This document shows positions 8,701 to 16,492 of a stretch of DNA of 24,000 bases, in pieces. The stretch lies in NCBI RefSeq assembly GCF_039592655.1, contig NZ_JBBUTJ010000002.1, forward strand, positions 81,425 to 105,424. The letters run 5' to 3'. The stretch's first letter is position 1. Each line of letters begins with the position of its first letter. The notes below the pieces were generated by a model. That model did not search any database, was not told the DNA's origin, and saw nothing but the letters and a program-made list of their open reading frames with translations. Origin of the DNA: Kiloniella sp. GXU_MW_B19. Its GTDB lineage: Bacteria; Pseudomonadota; Alphaproteobacteria; Kiloniellales; Kiloniellaceae. The position numbers and the translations under genes are program-made.

Positions 8701-9744
8701 ATGAAAGCCGTTGTATACGAAACCTTCACTGGCAAGCCGGACATCAGAACTGTTCCAGATCCGGAGCTGTCCCCCGAAGGCGTGATCATTAAAGTCGAGG
8801 CCACCGGTGTTTGCCGGAGCGACTGGCACGGCTGGATGGGGCATGATTCCTCCATCGAACTGCCCCATGTCCCCGGCCACGAGTTTGCAGGCATCGTTCA
8901 GGAAGTCGGCCGCGACACCAGGGGCTTCAACGTTGGCGATCGCGTCACCGTCCCTTTTATCAGCGCCTGTGGAAGCTGCCCCGACTGCCATTCCGGCAAT
9001 CACCAGGTCTGCGCAACCCAGACCCAGCCCGGTTTTACCCACTGGGGGTCCTTCGCAGAATATGTCGCGCTTCACAATGCTGACGTCAATCTGGTTCACC
9101 TGCCCGAAACACTGGATTTTGCGACGGCGGCCAGTCTCGGCTGTCGCTTTGTCACATCGTTTCGCGCTGTTGTGGACCAGGGCAGGGTCTCGGCAGGACA
9201 GTGGGTTGCCGTTCACGGCTGTGGCGGCGTGGGACTGTCTGCCATCATGATTGCCAATGCCATCGGCGCCAGCGTCATTGCCGTGGATATTGCCGAAGAC
9301 AAGCTGGAACTCGCCCGCTCTGTCGGGGCAGGCTGGACTATCAATGCCAGCAAAACCCCTGATGTCGCCGAGGCAATCCTCGAGATCAGCAAAGGCGGTG
9401 CGCATGTCTCTCTGGATGCACTGGGGCATCCCGTGACCTGTGTGAACTCGGTCAAATGCCTCAGACGTCTGGGCAGGCACATCCAGGTCGGGCTGCTGCT
9501 CGCCGATCACGCCAACACAGCCCTCCCGATGGACCGTGTTATCGGTCTTGAACTGGAAATCATCGGCAGCCACGGCATGCAGGCCCATCGCTACGACGCC
9601 ATGCTGAACATGATTCAGTCCGGAAAGCTCGCCCCGGAAAAACTGATTGGCGAACGGATTTCCCTTGCAGAGTCCATCCCTGCCCTGACCGGTATGGACC
9701 AGTTTGGTCTTTCCGGTGTGACAGTCGTCACGGATTTCAGCTGA
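8701..9744 (+). CDS. Zinc-dependent alcohol dehydrogenase (MDR superfamily)
   Basis: This is ORF 8650..9744, which opens with TTG. I prefer ATG 8701 (MKAVVYE), which is preceded by aggggaa. Motifs are GHEFAGIV (catalytic Zn), [15 protein letters not shown] (structural Zn) and GCGGVGLSA (Rossmann fold). Confidence 0.88.
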   Translation: MKAVVYETFTGKPDIRTVPDPELSPEGVIIKVEATGVCRSDWHGWMGHDSSIELPHVPGHEFAGIVQEVGRDTRGFNVGDRVTVPFISACGSCPDCHSGNHQVCATQTQPGFTHWGSFAEYVALHNADVNLVHLPETLDFATAASLGCRFVTSFRAVVDQGRVSAGQWVAVHGCGGVGLSAIMIANAIGASVIAVDIAEDKLELARSVGAGWTINASKTPDVAEAILEISKGGAHVSLDALGHPVTCVNSVKCLRRLGRHIQVGLLLADHANTALPMDRVIGLELEIIGSHGMQAHRYDAMLNMIQSGKLAPEKLIGERISLAESIPALTGMDQFGLSGVTVVTDFS

Positions 9745-9865
9745 AACCCTTGTCTTTCAGCAGTCCGTAACAGCGAAACCATCTGAAAAAGCTGGTCAAA
9801 TTGCCTCTGAACGCCTAGAAAGAACACAGTTCATTTCCCTTGCAGAGAACCCGGACAAAGCCGCA

Positions 9866-10609
9866 ATGACACCAGCCTTCAGCGTGACAATCAAAGGCAG
9901 CGCCTCGACAGGGGAAGGCTTGCTCTTTCCACCTCTGGAACTGACGCTCCCCGCCGGACAATGGTCCTGTCTGCTGGGGTCTTCCGGTGTCGGCAAAACC
10001 ACCATTCTGCGCCTGCTGGCCGGACTGGAAGCCCATGTCATCTTTGACGGCTCCATCACCTGTTCCGACAGCGCCCCCCTGAATGGTCGCATTGCCTACA
10101 TGACCCAGGCCGACCTGCTGTTTCCCTGGCGCACTGTGCTGGACAATGTCTGTCTGGGAGCCAGCCTGCGTCATGAACCGGCCGATCACAGCCGTGCCCT
10201 GCAAATTCTTGATCGCGTCGGTCTGGGCGGCTATGAAAAACGCAAGCCCCACCAGCTTTCGGGCGGACAGAGACAACGGGTCTCCCTTGCCCGAACCCTG
10301 ATGGAGGATCGCCCCGTGGTTCTGCTGGATGAGCCCTTCTCTGCACTGGATGCAAAAACCCGCGCAGGGATGCAGGAGCTTGCTGTTGAACTGCTGGAGG
10401 GCCGCACAGTCCTGCTGGTGACACACGATCCGGCAGAAGCGGCACGACTGGGACAGGAGATCAACCTTCTGACCCGTGACGGCCTGCAAAGCGTTCCGGC
10501 ACCGGCCTGCCCGCCCGTTCGCCCACTGGACGATCCCGAAACCCTGACCTGTCAGGGGCAGCTCTATCGTCTCCTGATGGGCAACACGCCAGAGGAGGCA
10601 AGCGCATGA
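9866..10609 (+). CDS. ABC transporter ATP-binding protein (NitT/TauT-like; candidate partner of the ThiY-like binding protein)
   Basis: 247 aa with Walker A GSSGVGKTT, signature LSGGQRQRVSLAR, Walker B VVLLDEPFSALD and H-loop VTHD. Confidence 0.9.
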   Translation: MTPAFSVTIKGSASTGEGLLFPPLELTLPAGQWSCLLGSSGVGKTTILRLLAGLEAHVIFDGSITCSDSAPLNGRIAYMTQADLLFPWRTVLDNVCLGASLRHEPADHSRALQILDRVGLGGYEKRKPHQLSGGQRQRVSLARTLMEDRPVVLLDEPFSALDAKTRAGMQELAVELLEGRTVLLVTHDPAEAARLGQEINLLTRDGLQSVPAPACPPVRPLDDPETLTCQGQLYRLLMGNTPEEASA

Positions 10610-11388
10610 ACCATCCGGCCTCTCCAGCAAAGCTGCCCTGGGTTCTCCGCCTGCCGGGCTGGGCGCGCATCGGGCTTGTCATTGTTCTGGTTGTAACGTT
10701 CTGGGATCTCCTTGTCCGGCTGACAGGCTTGCCGCATTTTATTCTCCCCTCCCCCTGGCGGGTTGCCCAGGCGCTTTACAACAACGCAGCCCTGATCGGA
10801 GAACACGCCCTGACCACGCTTGCCGAGGTTCTTCTGGGCATGCTGGTCGGCACGCTTTTCGGCATCATGACAGCCCTGCAGCTGGCCCACTCACCCACCG
10901 CCCGGGCCATCATGCGACCTGTGCTGGTTTTCTCGCAGGCCATTCCCGTCTTTGCACTGGCCCCAATCTTCACGCTCTGGCTGGGCTATGGCATGGCCTC
11001 GAAAATCGCGGTGGCCCTGCTGATCATCTATTTCCCGGTGACCTCTGCCTTCTTTGACGGGCTGGTCAACACACCGCGGGGTTATCTGGATCAGGCCCGG
11101 ATCATGGGAGCGAGCCGCTGGACCATCCTGACACGCGTGCGCATCCCTGCCGCCCTGCCCTCACTGGGGTCAGGCCTGAGGCTGGCGGCCGTCTATGCGC
11201 CAATCGGGGCTGTGATCGGCGAATGGGTCGGAGCATCAAGCGGACTGGGTTACCTGATGCTGCTCGCCAATGGCCGGGTAAAAATCGATCTGATGTTTGC
11301 CAGCCTGATTGTTCTGGCCTTTATGTCCGTAACCCTGCACTGGCTGGTCGACAGGCTGGCTGCGCGCAAACTGGACAGCCAGCAATAA
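10606..11388 (+). CDS. ABC transporter permease (NitT/TauT-like)
   Basis: 260 aa and strongly hydrophobic. It has an EAA-type loop LDQARIMGASRWTILTRVRIPAALP. The start overlaps the ATPase stop (ATGA). Confidence 0.88.
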   Translation: MNHPASPAKLPWVLRLPGWARIGLVIVLVVTFWDLLVRLTGLPHFILPSPWRVAQALYNNAALIGEHALTTLAEVLLGMLVGTLFGIMTALQLAHSPTARAIMRPVLVFSQAIPVFALAPIFTLWLGYGMASKIAVALLIIYFPVTSAFFDGLVNTPRGYLDQARIMGASRWTILTRVRIPAALPSLGSGLRLAAVYAPIGAVIGEWVGASSGLGYLMLLANGRVKIDLMFASLIVLAFMSVTLHWLVDRLAARKLDSQQ

Positions 11389-11620
11389 GGCAGCAGCAAC
11401 AGAGTGACACCTGCTGCAAAAACTGCAAACAGCGTCAAAGCCTTCCGCAAAGCTGCCACTTTTGTGCCCCAGCCTGAGCCCCTTCACAGCCATTTGAAAT
11501 TCGCGGAGCAGGTTATGAAGCAAAATTTATTGTTCCCGACCCCATGTCTGTGAAAGACTGCGATATCTCTGGCCGTCCCCTTCCGGGCGCCCTCTCATAA
11601 AAAAACGAGTGACTTTCGAA

Positions 11621-12637
11621 ATGTTTCGATCCTTTTTTCTTTCCCGTGAATGGTTCTGGTGGGCCTGGCTTGGCATGATGATTATCATCGGCGGAACCTG
11701 GTATCAGGTTCAGGTCGATGTCCAGATTAACGAGTGGTTTGGCGGTTTTTATGATCTTGTTCAAAAAGCACTCGGCGAACCCAATGCCATCACAATGGAG
11801 GAATTCTATGACTTCCTCTGGACCTTCGGAAAGATTGCCGGGATCTACATCATCATCGCTGTGATGCTGGGGTTCTTCACAAAACACTGGGTTTTCCGCT
11901 GGCGTCAGGCCATGAACAACTACTACATGTCCTACTGGCATCGCCTGCGTCATATTGAAGGAGCCAGCCAGCGCGTACAGGAAGACACCAAGCGCTTCGC
12001 GGCCATTATGGAATCCCTCGGCAGCAATCTGCTTGATTCCGTCATGACACTCTTTGCCTTTCTTCCGATCCTCTGGGAACTGTCCAAACAGATCAAGGAA
12101 GTCCCCGTTCTGGGCGAGGTTGATCATGCACTGGTCTATGTGGCCATCATATTTGCCCTGTTCGGCACAGCCGTTCTTGCAGCAGTCGGAATCAAGCTGC
12201 CCGGGCTGGAATTCAACAACCAGAAGGTGGAAGCAGCCTATCGCAAGGAGCTGGTTTACGGCGAAGATCACGAGGACCGCGCCTCACCGCCAACCGTTCA
12301 GGAACTCTTTATGAACGTGCGGAAAAACTACTTCCGTCTTTTCTTCCACTACATGTACTTCGACGTCGCCAAATGGTCCTATCTGCAGTTCGGAGTCCTC
12401 GTGCCCTACATCGCCCTTGCCCCGACCATTGTGTCCGGTGCCATCACTCTGGGTGTCATGCAACAGATCGTTCGGGCCTTTGGTCGCGTGGAAAGCTCCT
12501 TCCAGTTCCTCGTTCGCTCCTGGAGCACCATTGTCGAGCTGATCTCTGTCTACAAGCGTCTGCGGGCTTTCGAAGCTGAAATCTTTGCCGACGGCTATGT
12601 TGAACCGCGGCCTTCAGGTCCGGAGGCCATGAAGTAA
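11621..12637 (+). CDS. SbmA/BacA-like family transporter (no ATPase domain, short N-terminus)
   Basis: This is ORF 11609..12637. ATG 11621 gives MFRSFF, like the E. coli SbmA N-terminus. Long blocks resemble SbmA as I recall it: FRWRQAMNNYYMSYWHRLRHIEGASQRVQEDTKRFA, GIKLPGLEFNNQKVEAAYRKELVYGED and VRKNYFRLFFHYMYF. Confidence 0.88.
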   Translation: MFRSFFLSREWFWWAWLGMMIIIGGTWYQVQVDVQINEWFGGFYDLVQKALGEPNAITMEEFYDFLWTFGKIAGIYIIIAVMLGFFTKHWVFRWRQAMNNYYMSYWHRLRHIEGASQRVQEDTKRFAAIMESLGSNLLDSVMTLFAFLPILWELSKQIKEVPVLGEVDHALVYVAIIFALFGTAVLAAVGIKLPGLEFNNQKVEAAYRKELVYGEDHEDRASPPTVQELFMNVRKNYFRLFFHYMYFDVAKWSYLQFGVLVPYIALAPTIVSGAITLGVMQQIVRAFGRVESSFQFLVRSWSTIVELISVYKRLRAFEAEIFADGYVEPRPSGPEAMK

Positions 12638-12671
12638 ACAGCGACCAATCTGTCGCTCACAGCCGAAAAAG

Positions 12672-12710
12672 AGGCCGTATTTGTCTTGCAAGGACAATGC
12701 GGCCTTTTTA
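12672..12710 (+). terminator. Rho-independent terminator after the SbmA/BacA-like gene
   Basis: aggccgtatttgtc pairs with gacaatgcggcct, with one bulge and a 7-nt loop. The stem is followed by ttttt (12705-12709). Confidence 0.75.
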
Positions 12711-12744
12711 TTCTGGGCAGGTCGGGTCGTCTGGATCCGACAAA

Positions 12745-12898
12745 ACAGAGCTTGTTCTCAGGGCAGGGTGAAACTCCCGACCGGCGGTAGTCCTTTTCAG
12801 GAAAGCCCGCGAGCGCCTCTGGCCTTTTGTGCCGGAGGGTCAGCAGATCTGGTCAGATTCCAGAGCCGACGGTTACAGTCCGGATGGAAGAGGATAGG
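12745..12898 (+). promoter_or_regulatory. FMN riboswitch (RFN element)
   Basis: Both conserved RFN cores are readable: ttctcagggcagggtgaaactcccgaccggcggtag (12755-12790) and gtcagcagatctggtcagattccagagccgacggttacagtccggatggaagag (12839-12892). It lies upstream of ribB. Confidence 0.9.
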
Positions 12899-13055
12899 TT
12901 GCCAGCCGCCTTGCGCATGCCCCTTGGGCCGTGCGTGATACTGCTGGCACTTTGCTGTGCGCCTTGCAGGTATCCACAGGATATCTTCGGGTTCATAGTC
13001 TTTCGAAGAGCCCTGATTCCGGTTCACCCACAAAGTCTTTTAGGGATGAGAACCC

Positions 13056-13757
13056 ATGAATCAGATTGATACTGACCACACAGTTGCAAATGACCACACC
13101 CCGACAGGTGAGGAACTGCTGGCCCGCTTCGGTTCAGCAGCAGAACGTGTTGAACGCGCCATCGAGGCCTTTCGCAACGGCAAGGGTGTTCTGGTGATGG
13201 ATGACGCCGATCGTGAAAACGAGGGCGATCTGATCTATCCGGCAGAAACCATGAGCGTTGAGCAGATGGCCTTCATGATCCGCGAATGCAGCGGCATCGT
13301 CTGCCTCTGCCTGAGCGAGGAGCGTGTTGCCGAGCTGGAACTGCCCCAGATGGTGCAGGACAACAGCTCCAGCATGGGCACCGGCTTTACCGTGACCATC
13401 GAGGCAAAGCGCGGTGTGACCACCGGCGTTTCCGCCGCCGATCGCATCACCACCATCCGCACAGCCATTGATCCGCAAAGCGGCCCCGACGATCTGGCCC
13501 GCCCGGGTCATGTCTTCCCCCTGCGTGCGCGAACAGGTGGCACTCTGACACGTCGTGGACACACCGAAGCCACCATCGATCTGGCGATGCTCGCAGACCT
13601 CACGCCCGCCGGTGTGCTCTGCGAAGTCACCAATATTGACGGCTCCATGGCCCGTCTGCCGGAAATTGTCGAGTTCGGCATCAGGCACAATCTCCCTGTG
13701 CTGACCATCGAGGATATCGTGGCCTACCGCGAAGCCCTGCTGAAACAGACAGCCTGA
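13056..13757 (+). CDS. ribB: 3,4-dihydroxy-2-butanone-4-phosphate synthase RibB (monofunctional)
   Basis: 233 aa with DHBP synthase blocks [38 protein letters not shown] and RRGHTEA. It lies downstream of the FMN riboswitch. No GTP cyclohydrolase II domain is fused. Confidence 0.92.
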   Translation: MNQIDTDHTVANDHTPTGEELLARFGSAAERVERAIEAFRNGKGVLVMDDADRENEGDLIYPAETMSVEQMAFMIRECSGIVCLCLSEERVAELELPQMVQDNSSSMGTGFTVTIEAKRGVTTGVSAADRITTIRTAIDPQSGPDDLARPGHVFPLRARTGGTLTRRGHTEATIDLAMLADLTPAGVLCEVTNIDGSMARLPEIVEFGIRHNLPVLTIEDIVAYREALLKQTA

Positions 13758-13778
13758 TATCCCTCTTCCGACACACAA

Positions 13779-13810
13779 AAGGCCACGCACAGGGACGTGG
13801 CCTTTTTCTT
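13779..13810 (+). terminator. Rho-independent terminator after ribB
   Basis: aaggccacg (13779-13787) pairs with cgtggcctt (13796-13804). The T-run extends to 13807. Confidence 0.8.
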
Positions 13811-14010
13811 TGCACTCACAAAGGACTGTCCCACAATCCGACGCTTCACAATCCCTTGCCGTTTCCTGTAAAAGACAGGCTGATCGGGAGACTTAAAGCA
13901 AGGAAACGCCGGGCACACAGCCATCAGCAAATCCCGTGCGGACGACGATCACCACACGGACAAGATATCAAGGATCTGTTCACAGAAGCCCACAAAGCTC
14001 TCTGGCCGGT

Positions 14011-14304
14011 CTAGCAGGGTTCGCCGGAACAGCATTCCTCTTTCAGAAAATCAATCAGACTGAACAGATGCTGATATTCCGGAATGCAGAAAATCGTGCG
14101 GCTTTTCTTTTCCTGCCGGATCAGGCCGACCTTTGCCATGCGTGACAGATGGTGAGACAGTGTCGAGGCCGGAATGCCAATAGCTTTTTGAATATCACCA
14201 ACACTCGATCCCCCGTGTCCGGCCTTGACCAGAAAGCGGTAGACAGCAAGGCGGTGTGTGTTGCCCAGCTCGGCCAGACTGGCTGCAGCAGTTTCGTGTT
14301 CCAT
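14011..14304 (-). CDS. ArsR/SmtB family metalloregulator with C-terminal CC-x4-C motif
   Basis: 97 aa with a winged-HTH block IPASTLSHHLSRMAKVGLI. The alpha-3 CVC motif is absent. The C-terminus is EECCSGEPC (Cys91, Cys92, Cys97). Confidence 0.85.
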   Translation of the reverse strand: MEHETAAASLAELGNTHRLAVYRFLVKAGHGGSSVGDIQKAIGIPASTLSHHLSRMAKVGLIRQEKKSRTIFCIPEYQHLFSLIDFLKEECCSGEPC

Positions 14305-14390
14305 CAGAGTCTCATCCCGTATTTCGACAGCTCCAAAAGCCTAGTGAGTGCTTGATATAAAAGCAATACAGCTAATTATTTCCATGAAAG

Positions 14391-14443
14391 TCGAATTATT
14401 GATTGACTGCCTCTCAAAAAAGAGCATTCTATCATTAATTCGA
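14391..14443. promoter_or_regulatory. Imperfect inverted repeat in the divergent ArsR/permease promoter (candidate operator or 5' UTR structure)
   Basis: tcgaattattga (14391-14402) matches the reverse complement of tcattaattcga (14432-14443) at 11 of 12 positions. The intergenic region is AT-rich. Confidence 0.3.
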
Positions 14444-14470
14444 TAAAACTAGAAATATGGATTATCAGAG

Positions 14471-15448
14471 ATGCCTGAACAGCTACAAGACACACTGGGC
14501 ATGTTTGCCTTTCTCGCCGTGGAGCTTTCTGTCCTCTTTCTGGGGATCAGTTATCTTGTCGGCATTCTGCAACGCCACATTCCTGCATCGACGATTGAAC
14601 GCCTGCTCAGTTCCGGCAGACGCAGAGGCTACTTCTTCGCTGCCGCACTCGGGTCCATCACACCCTTTTGCAGCTGCTCCACCATTCCGATGCTCAAGGG
14701 ACTGATCAAGGCTGGCGCAGGTTTTGGTCCCATGATGGTGTTTCTCTTCACCTCTCCGCTTCTGAACCCGGTTGTGGTGGTGCTTCTGACGGCCAGTTTC
14801 GGCTTCAGGTTGACAGCGATCTACGTTCTGGCCGCACTGCTGGTTTCCCTTGGTTCCGGCTGGCTGTTGCATCGGTTAAAGTTCAACCGCTTTATCCGCA
14901 GCAGCGAGGAACCTGCCACGGCAACAGCCTGTGGAACTGCGGACAACTCTTGCGGATTGCCGACTGAAAACACCTGCTCCGGCGGGAGCAGTTCACAGAA
15001 CGACTGTGGAGGCAGCAGCCCTGCTCCGCAATCAAAAAGCGAACAGTACCTTGCCCTGTGGCGTGAGGTCTGGAAGGACTACGTTGGTGTGCTGCCCTAT
15101 CTGCTGCTGGGCATTTCCATCGGCAGCGCGATCTATGGCTACATGCCGACCGGTCTGCTGGAACGATTTGCCGGAGCTGACAATCCCCTTGCCATCCCCG
15201 TTGCTGCGATTATCGGTGTCCCGCTTTACATTCGTGCAACCGCTGTGATTCCGCTGGCCGATGCCCTGATGCTCAAGGGTGTCAGTGCCGGGACGATCCT
15301 TGCACTGATTATCGGCAGTGCCGGTGCCAGTCTGACAGAGGTGATCCTGTTGCGCTCGCTCTTTACAACAAAGCTGCTGATCGCCTTTGTCACAGTCATT
15401 TTCTCGATGGCAATCATTGCAGGCTACACAGCCTTTGTCTTCTATTGA
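14471..15448 (+). CDS. COG0701/ArsP-like permease with Cys-rich central loop
   Basis: 325 aa and polytopic, with the family-typical motif GSITPFCSCSTIPM. The central loop at residues ~144-192 is Ser/Gly/Cys-rich. It is divergent from the ArsR-family gene. Confidence 0.8.
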   Translation: MPEQLQDTLGMFAFLAVELSVLFLGISYLVGILQRHIPASTIERLLSSGRRRGYFFAAALGSITPFCSCSTIPMLKGLIKAGAGFGPMMVFLFTSPLLNPVVVVLLTASFGFRLTAIYVLAALLVSLGSGWLLHRLKFNRFIRSSEEPATATACGTADNSCGLPTENTCSGGSSSQNDCGGSSPAPQSKSEQYLALWREVWKDYVGVLPYLLLGISIGSAIYGYMPTGLLERFAGADNPLAIPVAAIIGVPLYIRATAVIPLADALMLKGVSAGTILALIIGSAGASLTEVILLRSLFTTKLLIAFVTVIFSMAIIAGYTAFVFY

Positions 15449-15460
15449 GGCAAAACCACG

Positions 15461-15480
15461 CGGGGGCTAACAGGCCCCCG
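15461..15480. terminator. Short GC hairpin between convergent gene ends (possible bidirectional terminator)
   Basis: cggggg (15461-15466) pairs with cccccg (15475-15480). It is followed by tttcccc on the + strand. It overlaps the stop codon of the DMT gene. Confidence 0.35.
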
Positions 15481-16366
15481 TTTCCCCGCGCCTGCCCGGT
15501 TTGCGGTTCTGCACGACCAGATGGGCAAAGACCGCCACCAGAACAATCGCCCCGCCATACAGTGTTGCCTGCCCCAGTGTCTCGGCAAAGACCAGCCACA
15601 CCCAGATCGGGGCCAACGGCGCATCCAGCGCACCGATCAGCGCCGTTTCAATGGCAGGCAAAAGCTTTGCACCAAGCGTAAAGAACAGCAATCCAACAGC
15701 CGAGTTGACCAGCCCGAAAAGCGCAAGCTGCCCCAGTTCAAAGGAGGAAACAGCAAGGCTCTCCGCAAAGGGGACAGCCACCAGCCCGCTGATCAGCGAA
15801 GACAAACCGGACGCTGCCACGACCGGAAGGGAACGGAACCGTCGCGAGATCACCATCATAAAGGCCAGCGACAGGGTCATGCCAAAGGCCAGAAGATCCC
15901 CGAACAGATCACCTTCCACGCCAAGCCCGACCATGATCCCGATCCCCGCGAGCGAGACAAGACTGGCCTTGAGCGCGCTGCTGGCGGGGCGTTCTTTCAA
16001 CACCAGCCAGGCCAGCGCCGCAGCCACAAAGGGCGCTGTTGCATAGATAATGGCGACATGAGCCACCGTCGTGATACGCAAGGCATTGATATAACAGAGC
16101 ATCCCGCCCGCAGAAATAAGCGCAAAGCCCCACCCTGCCCAGCCGAGATGCAACAGATCCCGGAACAGCTTTCGCCCCTGTAAAAAGAAGGCAACGGCCA
16201 GAATGCCAACCCCTCCGAAAAGGCCACGCCAGACCAGCATTGTTGCTGTGTCCAGCTCAATGAAACGGGTAAACAGCCCCGCCGTACTCCAGGCCAGAGT
16301 GGACAGCGTGATGAACAACAGCCCCAGACGATAGTCCGAACGGACCTGATTTCCTGCTCTGATCAT
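15467..16366 (-). CDS. DMT superfamily (EamA-like) transporter
   Basis: This is ORF 15467..16423. I prefer the ATG at 16366 (MIRAGNQ) because GGAGGG lies 8 nt upstream. It has about ten hydrophobic spans and two EamA-like halves (LSTLAWSTAGLF... and VISRRF...). Confidence 0.85.
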   Translation of the reverse strand: MIRAGNQVRSDYRLGLLFITLSTLAWSTAGLFTRFIELDTATMLVWRGLFGGVGILAVAFFLQGRKLFRDLLHLGWAGWGFALISAGGMLCYINALRITTVAHVAIIYATAPFVAAALAWLVLKERPASSALKASLVSLAGIGIMVGLGVEGDLFGDLLAFGMTLSLAFMMVISRRFRSLPVVAASGLSSLISGLVAVPFAESLAVSSFELGQLALFGLVNSAVGLLFFTLGAKLLPAIETALIGALDAPLAPIWVWLVFAETLGQATLYGGAIVLVAVFAHLVVQNRKPGRRGETGAC

Positions 16367-16422
16367 GATGATGACCCTCCCCATTCCAGAATTACTGCCT
16401 GTGTCGTGAAACAGGGATAACA

Positions 16423-16456
16423 ACAGACTGCTGACATGTATCTGTCAGCAGTCTGT
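16423..16456. promoter_or_regulatory. Perfect 14-bp inverted repeat with 6-nt spacer in the DMT/WYL divergent promoter (candidate operator)
   Basis: acagactgctgaca (16423-16436) and tgtcagcagtctgt (16443-16456) are exact reverse complements. The repeat lies 37 nt upstream of the regulator ATG and 57 nt upstream of the transporter ATG. Confidence 0.5.
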
Positions 16457-16492
16457 GGTAAAAAGACCGGGAGACAGCAGAAAGGGGAAGCC

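Noticed and set aside
5632-9865. Genomic-island or insertion boundaries around the repeat-protein/lrp/adh block
   Set aside because: I found no integrase, transposase, tRNA or clear compositional shift. The only flanking direct repeat I found is the 9-nt ctttcagca (5640-5648 and 9754-9762), which is too short to distinguish from chance.
9745-9865. Possible second TPP riboswitch ahead of the ABC ATPase/permease genes
   Set aside because: The diagnostic ctgaga and acctgatc...ggga cores are absent from this 121-nt spacer.
8584-10630. Long minus-strand ORFs (334 aa at 8584..9588 and 271 aa at 9815..10630)
   Set aside because: They are antisense shadows of the alcohol dehydrogenase and ABC ATPase genes, both of which carry clear catalytic motifs on the + strand.
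12681-13069. ORFs of 85, 80 and 78 aa between the SbmA-like gene and ribB
   Set aside because: They overlap the FMN riboswitch aptamer and its expression platform. Conservation here is at the RNA-motif level, not in any protein frame.
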